Below, in pieces: positions 32,991-39,862 of a stretch of 49,665 nt of DNA; position 1 is the stretch's first letter; each line of letters starts with the position of its first letter. Location: NCBI GenBank assembly GCA_049644345.1, contig JBARRS010000116.1, positions 1 to 49,665 on the forward strand. The letters run 5' to 3'. This stretch comes from Gaiellaceae bacterium (GTDB lineage Bacteria > Actinomycetota > Thermoleophilia > Gaiellales > Gaiellaceae). Under the pieces are notes generated by a model, which made no database searches, was not told where the DNA came from, and saw nothing but the letters and a program-made list of their open reading frames with translations. A program made the translations under genes and the position numbers.

Positions 32991-34766
32991 CTACGGCGTC
33001 GCGATCCTCGCGACGATCTGCTGCTGGTGGTACTTCGGGTTCTCGCCCGCGTAGTCGAAGGTCGAGACCGACGTCGTATAGGCGTAGCCGGTGCTGCCGA
33101 AGTCGAGCCCGAAGTAGTCCCCGATGAATCCGGCCGGGCTGCAGATGCAGCTCACGTGCGCCGTCGAGAGCTGAGGATCCCAGCTGTGCGCAGAGAGGCG
33201 GACGTTGTGCCCGATCGGCGTCAGGTTGGGCCGGTAGAACTGGATCGCGGTGTCGATGCAGTAGTTGGCCCGTCCCCACGGAGTCCCGGGCGAAGACGAG
33301 GTACCCGGGTCGAAGACGATCCCCGAGCCGGCGGCCTCGGAGCTCGTGGAGGTCGGGCAGGGCAGGCGCCGGTCGTAGAACGTCACGCCCACGGTGCCGC
33401 TCGGCGCGACCGAGACGGTCGGCTGCAGGGCCTCGCCCGGTGTGCCGTCGCTCGCATCGCCGTCGTCGACTTGCACCGGCGACGTCCAGCTGTGACCGCC
33501 ATCGTACGAGGCGATCAGGTAGACGTGGGACATGCCCGTGCTCTGGTCCTCGTAGGTCACGTAGAGCGGGTAGCTGCCGGCGAACTTCGTCTTGCCCACG
33601 GCGAACGAGTTCACGATGCCCTCGCGGAACGTCGTGTTCAGGTAGGTGGGCACGCGGATGTTCGCGGCCACCGGGAGCGGATCGCTCCACGTCGCGCCGC
33701 CGTCGGTCGACTTCGTGATCGTGATGTCGGCGACGGTTCCGCCCTGCTTCGGATTGGCCAGCGTCGACGTCGTCCACACGGTCCCGTCTCCGTCCACGTG
33801 CGGAAGCAGATACTGGTCGAAGGGATAGCCCGAGATCGAGGCCAGCTCGACCGGTGTCGACCACGGAGTGTGCGAGCCGTCTCGGTTAGCGCGTGCCCAC
33901 GAGACGAACGGGTGGTCGGAGTTGAACGAGTTGTAGACCACCCACATCGCGTAGACACGCCGGTAAAAGGGGCTGCTCGGGTTGGTGTCGATCGCGATCC
34001 ACTGCTTGTCGACGTCATGCGTGACCGCCTGCGGGCTGTCGAACACATGGTCGTTCGCGCGCCAGTTGCGTGCGGTCTGGCTCAGCGCCGCGGGATGGAC
34101 AGCGACCGTGATCGCCTCTCCCGGCAAGGTCGGGTTCGGGAGATTCGCTCCGTTCGAGTACTTGTGGTTGCCGTCCTTGTCGTAATAGAACATGTACGGC
34201 AAGAGCAGGGCGTAGTAGTTGCTCCAGGGGTCGAAGGCGCCGACCGGGTCGGTGTTGTCGGTCCAGCCTTCGTAGCCCGGCACGTGGCCTTGCACGCTCC
34301 ACGTCTTGCCGCCGTCCCACGACTCGTAGATCCCGAGCAGATGGTTGTAGCCCTGCCCGTTCACGAACCACTTGCTCTGCCCGATCAGGTGGTTCGGGTT
34401 GTTCGGGTCGACGCGGATGTCCGATTCAGAATGATCCTTCACGAGCAGCGGATCGTTCGTGACGTCCTGCTGCGCGTAGGGCCCGATGTCTTCGCCGGTG
34501 TTGACGGCGCCGCTGCAGAGCGTGCCGCCGCCGTCGGCGTAGCCGGGGAAGCCGGCACCGGCCAGGTATTCGACCTCGGGCGTGTAGCAGCTCGTCTTCT
34601 GCGTCGTCGCCGAGACGTTCGTCACGCCGCTCGTCGCATAGCTCGCCGCGAAAGCCGCGTCTGACTGCGTCCCCTGCGGAGGCCCGCTCGTGCCTGCGCC
34701 CGCCCCGGCGACAAGGGCGGCGGCAGCGACGACGAAGGCGGCAAGCGCTGCCGTCCATCGGTTCAC
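32991..34766 (-). CDS. secreted BNR/Asp-box beta-propeller protein (sialidase/glycosidase-like)
   Basis: Track ORF 32991..34823 trimmed to GTG at 34766, which has a strong SD GGAGGAGG upstream. Signal/anchor WTAALAAFVVAAAALVAGAGAG. Asp-box repeats SWDGGKTWS, STDGGATWS, SYDGGHSWT. Confidence 0.8.
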   Translation of the reverse strand: MNRWTAALAAFVVAAAALVAGAGAGTSGPPQGTQSDAAFAASYATSGVTNVSATTQKTSCYTPEVEYLAGAGFPGYADGGGTLCSGAVNTGEDIGPYAQQDVTNDPLLVKDHSESDIRVDPNNPNHLIGQSKWFVNGQGYNHLLGIYESWDGGKTWSVQGHVPGYEGWTDNTDPVGAFDPWSNYYALLLPYMFYYDKDGNHKYSNGANLPNPTLPGEAITVAVHPAALSQTARNWRANDHVFDSPQAVTHDVDKQWIAIDTNPSSPFYRRVYAMWVVYNSFNSDHPFVSWARANRDGSHTPWSTPVELASISGYPFDQYLLPHVDGDGTVWTTSTLANPKQGGTVADITITKSTDGGATWSDPLPVAANIRVPTYLNTTFREGIVNSFAVGKTKFAGSYPLYVTYEDQSTGMSHVYLIASYDGGHSWTSPVQVDDGDASDGTPGEALQPTVSVAPSGTVGVTFYDRRLPCPTSTSSEAAGSGIVFDPGTSSSPGTPWGRANYCIDTAIQFYRPNLTPIGHNVRLSAHSWDPQLSTAHVSCICSPAGFIGDYFGLDFGSTGYAYTTSVSTFDYAGENPKYHQQQIVARIATP

Positions 34767-35023
34767 CGTTGGTTCCTCCTCCCCCTTGTGTCTGACCCAC
34801 CTCGTGGAGGGGTGGTGTATCACAGCTGTCCGCGGCCGTCCGTGAGCGAGCGTATCCGTCGAGCCGTCTCCTCCGTTTGCGCAACGTCCGTTCTTACCGT
34901 GGGTCGGAAGGGAGGCAGGCGATCGCAGAGGGCCAGTAGGTCTTCGGGCACGGCCGCCGTCTACGGCTGCCGCTTATTGGGAGAAGGCGAGCCCGACACG
35001 GGCTCAGACGCAGGGGGACGAAA

Positions 35024-35881
35024 ATGAAGAGACTGCTCGCGCTGTTCGCGACGGCCGCATTCACAACGGCTGTCGCGCTGCTCTTTGGCTCGGCAACACC
35101 GGCGGCGGCCGATGGCACACCGCAGTTGGGTGTACTCGCGACGCTCAACCTCTCGACCCTCATCCCGGCCGACGATCCGATCGTGACCGATCCGGCCGCG
35201 AACGATCCGGCGACCACCGACCCGGCTCACCTGCCGCCGGGCGGGAAGTTCAAGCTGTTCGGCACAGCGAAGGACGACACGGATCCGGAAAACCCATTCA
35301 ACGAGGTCATCTCATTCGACACGACCGATCCGAATGCGATCGCCGGCGCGATCAAGCTATTCGGCGACCACGTCAAGATCGACATGCTCGACAACCAGGT
35401 CGAGACCAAGTACTACTACGTCGGCCGCACGTGCGGCGGGGGTTCGACCCGGATCCAGCTCGGGATCTCCGGCGACGGCGACAGCAAGTTCAACCAGTTC
35501 CCAGGTGGGCCAGACCAGAACGCGTTCGGCTACCTCGGCAACATGCCGTTCGGCGGCGGCTGCCTGATGAACCAATGGGTCTACGAAGACATGACCAACA
35601 ATGCGCCCAAGTGGGATCTCAGCCAATATGCCCCCTTCGGCTCCGGTGCCTTTTGCACCGGTGGCAACCCCATGACCTGCACGTGGGCACAGATGGAGGC
35701 GTTTCTCGACACGGTGTTTCCCAACCACCGAGTGTTGAATGAGGTCCTGGTCGACGACTCGGGCAGCTTCTTCGCGCCCGACCGGGGCTGCGCCTACTTC
35801 GACCTCCTCAGCGCCGGCGCGCGCACGCTGACCCGGCACGACGACACGAGCGGCAATGGGACGGGCCCGAACAACTGCTAG
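35024..35881 (+). CDS. secreted cysteine-containing protein of unknown function
   Basis: 285 aa. Signal peptide MKRLLALFATAAFTTAVALLFGSATPAAA|DG. A DPxxxDP repeat linker. 8 Cys in the mature part, including the C-terminal residue. Visibly less GC-rich than its neighbours. No family recognised. Confidence 0.7.
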   Translation: MKRLLALFATAAFTTAVALLFGSATPAAADGTPQLGVLATLNLSTLIPADDPIVTDPAANDPATTDPAHLPPGGKFKLFGTAKDDTDPENPFNEVISFDTTDPNAIAGAIKLFGDHVKIDMLDNQVETKYYYVGRTCGGGSTRIQLGISGDGDSKFNQFPGGPDQNAFGYLGNMPFGGGCLMNQWVYEDMTNNAPKWDLSQYAPFGSGAFCTGGNPMTCTWAQMEAFLDTVFPNHRVLNEVLVDDSGSFFAPDRGCAYFDLLSAGARTLTRHDDTSGNGTGPNNC

Positions 35882-35933
35882 GCGACAACGGACGGAGGCG
35901 GTTGACCCGCCTTGCCGCTCCGGCGTTAGTTGT

Positions 35934-35969
35934 GGAAGAGGGGCGGAGCGTTGGCTCCGCCCCTCTTCC
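35934..35969. terminator. 16-bp perfect-stem hairpin (GGAAGAGGGGCGGAGC GTTG GCTCCGCCCCTCTTCC)
   Basis: Arms at 35934-35949 and 35954-35969. It sits between the convergent Cys-rich gene (stop 35881) and the small ORF (stop 36049). Confidence 0.6.
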
Positions 35970-36048
35970 CAACACCAGATCAACGTTTCTGAAGGCTCAA
36001 TAAGCGCTTGACAGCGTCGCCGCCGGCGGCGAGCGGCCACTGCCCCGG

Positions 36049-36156
36049 CTAGCGCTGCGGGATCGATTGGGTGAAAGTCGGCGGCCGGGCGGTCGAGGAT
36101 GCGCAGAGCGGCGCAACGAGCGTGATCGTCGCCGCCAGGAGCAGCGCCTTCTTCAT
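36049..36156 (-). CDS. candidate 35-aa secreted micro-protein
   Basis: MKKALLLAATITLVAPLCASSTARPPTFTQSIPQR*. GGAGG lies 6 nt upstream of the ATG at 36156. Signal-peptide-like N-terminus. It shares third-codon positions with the plus-strand ORF 36071.., so GC3 cannot discriminate between them. Confidence 0.4.
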   Translation of the reverse strand: MKKALLLAATITLVAPLCASSTARPPTFTQSIPQR

Positions 36157-36223
36157 CTCGACCTCCTGTTCGCTACCAGTGCTACACGGCGACGCTCCCG
36201 GGGGTTCCCATAGCATCCGCCGA

Positions 36224-37567
36224 GTGCTTGATCCCAAGGTCTTCAAGGCCTACGACGTGCGGGGCATCTACCCGACCGAGCTCGACGAGGATGGCGCTTA
36301 CGCGATCGGGCGGGCGTACGTCGAGCAGTTCGAGCCTCGGCGGATCGCGGTCGGGCGGGACATGCGCCTGTCGTCACCGGCGATGTCGCGTGCGGCGATC
36401 GACGGCGCCGCCGACGGCGGCACGGATGTGCTCGACATCGGGATGGTCGGCACCGAGATGCTCTACTTCGCCGTCGGCGAGCTCGGCCTTGACGGCGGCG
36501 TCCAGATCACCGCCTCGCACAACCCCAAGGAGTACACGGGGATGAAGATCGTCCGCCGCGGGGCTCTTCCCGTCGGCGGCGAGTCCGGGCTACTGGATAT
36601 CCGCGACCGGGCGCTCGCGGGCTTCGACGACGCGTCGGGGCGCGGCGAGGTCCAGGAGGAGGACATCTGGCCGCTGTACGTCGATCGCGTGCTCTCGTTC
36701 ATCGATCTCGAGGCGATCCGTCCGCTCAAGATCGTGATCGACGCGGCCAACGGAATGGGCGGCGTGATGCTGACGCCGGTGCTCGAACGCCTTCCGGTGA
36801 AGGCAGTGCGTTACTTCTTCGAGCCGGACGGCACCTTTCCGAACCACGAGCCGAATCCGCTCCTGCCCGAGAACCGCGAGTTCATCGTCCGCAAGACGCT
36901 CGAGGAGGGCGCCGACCTCGGCGTCGCGTTCGACGGCGACGCCGACCGCTGCTTCTTCATCGACGACACCGGCGAGTTCGTGCCCGGCGACTTCGTCACC
37001 GCGCTGCTCGCCGAGGCGGTGCTCGAGAAGGAGCCCGGCGCCAAGATCATCTATGACGTCCGCGCCAGCTGGGCCGTTCCGGAGGCGATCGAGCGCGCCG
37101 GCGGGACGCCGCTCGTCAACCGCGTCGGCCACGCCTTCATCAAGGACCGGATGCGCAAGGAGCACGCAGCCTTCGGCGGTGAGGTCTCGGGTCACTATTA
37201 CTTCCGCGACTTCTCGCAGGCCGACTCGGGCGTCGTCCCCTTCCTGCTCATGCTCGAGCTCGTGTCCAAGAGAGGCGAGAAGCTGTCTGAGATCCTGCGC
37301 CCGTACCGGGAGCGCTACTTCCTGACGGGCGAGCTGAACACACCTGTGCCCGACGTCGCGCTCAAGCTCCAGGAGCTGAAGGAGCGGTTCGGCCGTAACG
37401 GCGTCAAGGTCTCGCACCTCGACGGGATCTCGATCGAGGCGGAGGACTGGCACTTCAACGTCCGCCCGTCGAATACGGAGCCGCTCCTGCGCTTGAACCT
37501 CGAGGCCCGCTCACCCGAGCTGATGGAGCGAAAGCGCGATGAGGTCCTCCAACTGATCCGCGCATGA
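36224..37567 (+). CDS. phosphomannomutase/phosphoglucomutase (alpha-D-phosphohexomutase)
   Basis: Track ORF 36071..37567 trimmed to GTG at 36224 (VLDPKVFKAYDVRGIY..., the family-typical N-terminus). Active-site TASHNPKEYTG. Metal loop FDGDADR. GEVSGHYYF. Confidence 0.9.
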   Translation: MLDPKVFKAYDVRGIYPTELDEDGAYAIGRAYVEQFEPRRIAVGRDMRLSSPAMSRAAIDGAADGGTDVLDIGMVGTEMLYFAVGELGLDGGVQITASHNPKEYTGMKIVRRGALPVGGESGLLDIRDRALAGFDDASGRGEVQEEDIWPLYVDRVLSFIDLEAIRPLKIVIDAANGMGGVMLTPVLERLPVKAVRYFFEPDGTFPNHEPNPLLPENREFIVRKTLEEGADLGVAFDGDADRCFFIDDTGEFVPGDFVTALLAEAVLEKEPGAKIIYDVRASWAVPEAIERAGGTPLVNRVGHAFIKDRMRKEHAAFGGEVSGHYYFRDFSQADSGVVPFLLMLELVSKRGEKLSEILRPYRERYFLTGELNTPVPDVALKLQELKERFGRNGVKVSHLDGISIEAEDWHFNVRPSNTEPLLRLNLEARSPELMERKRDEVLQLIRA

Positions 37568-38586
37568 AGGCGCGCGAGCTCGGGATTGAGATCGGCGCGC
37601 TCGAGCCGGGGCCGCTGGACGCGATCACCGACGTGGCGGGGGTCCGCGTAGGTCACACGACCCTGATCGAGGGCGAGGACGTGCGGACCGGCGTCACGGT
37701 GATCCTCCCCGGAGCAGCCGACGAGCGCTGGTTCGCCGCGCCCCACCGGCTGAACGGCAACGGCGAGGTGACGGGGCTCGAGTGGATCCGCGAGTCGGGC
37801 TTCCTGACGACGCCGATCGCCATCACGAACACCTTCTCGGTGGGAGTCGTCAGAGATGCCCTGATCACGGCGGCCGAGAAGGAAGATGGCCAGTGGCACC
37901 TGCCTGTCGTCGGCGAGACCTACGACGGGCTCCTGAACGACATCGCGGGGATGCACGTCCGGCCGGAGCACGTCTTCGCCGCGCTCGAGTCCGCCACCGA
38001 CGGACCGGTGCTCGAAGGGGCCGTCGGCGGCGGCACGGGCATGATCTGCCACGGCTTCAAGGGCGGGATCGGGACAGCGTCAAGGGTCGTCGACGGCTTC
38101 ACCGTGGGCGTCCTCGTCCAGGCGAACCATGGTCGCCGCCCCCGCCTCCAGATCGACGGCGTGGCGGTCGGCCGGGAGCTCGGCGAGCACGTCGTTCCGC
38201 TGCCCCCGTGGCCCGACGACGAGCGCGACGGATCGATCATCGTCGCCGCCGCGACCGACGCCCCGCTGCTCCCGCACCAATGCGCGCGGCTCGCCCAGCG
38301 CTGCGCGCTCGGGATCGCCCGAACCGGGGGCGCGGGCGAGAACTCGAGCGGCGACTTCGTCGTTGCGTTCGCGACCGGGAACGGCGGCCTCAGCGCGTAC
38401 GAGGGGACGGTGCCGCTCACGATGCTGCCGAACGATCGGATCGACGGCCTCTTCTATGCCGCGATCGAGTCGACCGAGGAGGCGATCGTGAACGCGCTCC
38501 TCGCCGCGGAGACGATGACCGGCCGCGGGGGAGCGACGGTCTACGGCCTCGACCCGGAGTCGCTGCTCGAGGTGCTCGGGCGGTGA
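37564..38586 (+). CDS. DmpA/P1 (S58) family aminopeptidase
   Basis: 340 aa. AITDVAGVRVGHTTL...TGVTVILP, GGTGMICHGFKGGIGTASR. The ATG overlaps the upstream TGA (ATGA). Confidence 0.85.
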   Translation: MKARELGIEIGALEPGPLDAITDVAGVRVGHTTLIEGEDVRTGVTVILPGAADERWFAAPHRLNGNGEVTGLEWIRESGFLTTPIAITNTFSVGVVRDALITAAEKEDGQWHLPVVGETYDGLLNDIAGMHVRPEHVFAALESATDGPVLEGAVGGGTGMICHGFKGGIGTASRVVDGFTVGVLVQANHGRRPRLQIDGVAVGRELGEHVVPLPPWPDDERDGSIIVAAATDAPLLPHQCARLAQRCALGIARTGGAGENSSGDFVVAFATGNGGLSAYEGTVPLTMLPNDRIDGLFYAAIESTEEAIVNALLAAETMTGRGGATVYGLDPESLLEVLGR

Positions 38587-39050
38587 CGCTCGAGCTCGGC
38601 CACGAGAGCGCCCGGAAGCCGCCGTTCAAGTACGCCGCCTATACGCGCGTCGGCTTCTCGGACACCGACGCACAGGGGATCGTCTACTACGGCCGCTACC
38701 TGCCGTACTTCGACCTCGCGCGCGTCGAGTACCACCGCCACCTGGACATGCTCAGCCTCGACGAGGAGCACGAGCTCGTGATGCGGGCCTCCAACGTCGA
38801 GTACCTGGCGCCGGCGCGGTTCGACGACCTGCTCGAGATCTTCGTGCGGGTGAGCCGAATCGGCCGCACGAGCGTCACCTACGAGTGTCACGCCTACCGG
38901 GTCGAAGACGACGTGCTGATGGTGACGGCGACGCAAACGCTCGTCTTCGTCGACCTCGAGGAGCGGCGGGCGCGGGCGATCCCCGAAGGCTTCCGCGAGC
39001 GGATCCGCCGCTTCGAGGGCGAGGACTGCGAGGTCGCGGCCCTGCGGTGA
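38583..39050 (+). CDS. YbgC/4HBT-type acyl-CoA thioesterase
   Basis: Frame of track ORF 37782..39050, starting at GTG 38583 (GTGA overlap). VGFSDTDAQGIVYYGRYLPYFDLARVEYHRHL is the hot-dog thioesterase signature. Confidence 0.85.
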   Translation: MTLELGHESARKPPFKYAAYTRVGFSDTDAQGIVYYGRYLPYFDLARVEYHRHLDMLSLDEEHELVMRASNVEYLAPARFDDLLEIFVRVSRIGRTSVTYECHAYRVEDDVLMVTATQTLVFVDLEERRARAIPEGFRERIRRFEGEDCEVAALR

Positions 39051-39541
39051 GCGCAGACGTCTACCGCGGGGCGTTGGAGGCGATCGAGCGCGTTCTCAAC
39101 CGCGGCGGCGACCCTGACGACGTCCTCCGCGACGCCGTCTCGATCCTGCACGACCGCGTCGCGCACTACTCCTGGGTCGGGATCTACCTCGTCGAAGACG
39201 GCGAGCTCGTGCTCGGGCCGTGGAAGGGGCCGCAGCCGACGGAGCATGTCCGCATCCCCGTCGGGCAGGGGATCTGCGGCGCGGCTGCCGCGAGCGGCCA
39301 CACCGAGGTCGTGGACGACGTCAACGCGGATCCGCGCTACCTCGCCTGCTTCGCGTCGACACGGTCCGAGATCGTCGTGCCGATCTCCTACGAGGGCCGA
39401 GTCGTCGGCGAGATCGACATCGACTCGGACGAGCCTGCCGCCTTCGGCGAGGCGGACCGCGAGTTCCTCGAGCGCGTTGCGCTGTTGATCTCGCCGCACT
39501 GTCTGGTGGGATGGGACACCGGCGGGGAACCTTGGAGGTAG
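39047..39541 (+). CDS. single GAF-domain protein (free methionine-R-sulfoxide reductase-like)
   Basis: Frame of track ORF 38885..39541, starting at GTG 39047 (GTGA overlap). YSWVGIYLVEDGELVLGPWKG...IPVGQGICGAAAASG...YLACFASTRSEIVVPI...GEIDIDS matches the fRMsr/MsrC-type GAF pattern. Confidence 0.85.
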   Translation: MSADVYRGALEAIERVLNRGGDPDDVLRDAVSILHDRVAHYSWVGIYLVEDGELVLGPWKGPQPTEHVRIPVGQGICGAAAASGHTEVVDDVNADPRYLACFASTRSEIVVPISYEGRVVGEIDIDSDEPAAFGEADREFLERVALLISPHCLVGWDTGGEPWR

Positions 39542-39562
39542 CCAGCGAAGGTCCAAGTGCCG

Positions 39563-39598
39563 GGCGCCCACCCGCCGTCCTCGTAGCGGGCGGGCGCC
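39563..39598 (+). terminator. 13-bp stem (one A.C mismatch) hairpin 22 nt after the GAF gene stop
   Basis: GGCGCCCACCCGC (39563-75) pairs with GCGGGCGGGCGCC (39586-98). No T-tract. Confidence 0.4.
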
Positions 39599-39691
39599 GC
39601 AGCTCCTGGAACCCCCTCCCCTCTACACGTTGTAGTTGGGCCCGCCGAAAGCGCCATCCCTCGTCCGAGCTACCCCGCCCGTCCGAGTGAT

Positions 39692-39718
39692 GATCCCTCG
39701 GTCGAGGGATCCGTTTTT
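39692..39718 (+). terminator. canonical intrinsic terminator (GATCCCTCG..CGAGGGATC + TTTTT)
   Basis: Stem 39692-39700 / 39703-39711, followed by CCG TTTTT (39714-39718). On the minus strand there is no U-tract after the stem, so it reads as a plus-strand terminator. Confidence 0.6.
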
Positions 39719-39862
39719 CGACACGGTCTCGACACGTTTTCGCTGCACACCGGCACATTTTTCCGAATTAGAATCGACGGTGGGTGGTGGGCCGGGGTGC
39801 CCCGGGCGCTCGCGGCCGCGCCGGCGCCCGTCCCCCAAAAGGGTGATGCGGACTAAACGGCT

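Noticed and set aside
31040-34664. Long plus ORFs 31040..32938 (632 aa) and 32883..34664 (593 aa)
   Set aside because: They are antisense to the cyclase-STAND-TPR gene and the BNR propeller gene respectively. They have no motifs and a biased R/D/E/L/V composition.
36071-36223. Long N-terminal extension of the phosphomannomutase ORF
   Set aside because: The family normally starts a few residues before FKAYDVRG. The extension has no SD or signal logic, loses GC3 bias after about 36160, and overlaps a better-supported minus-strand small ORF. I use the GTG at 36224 instead.
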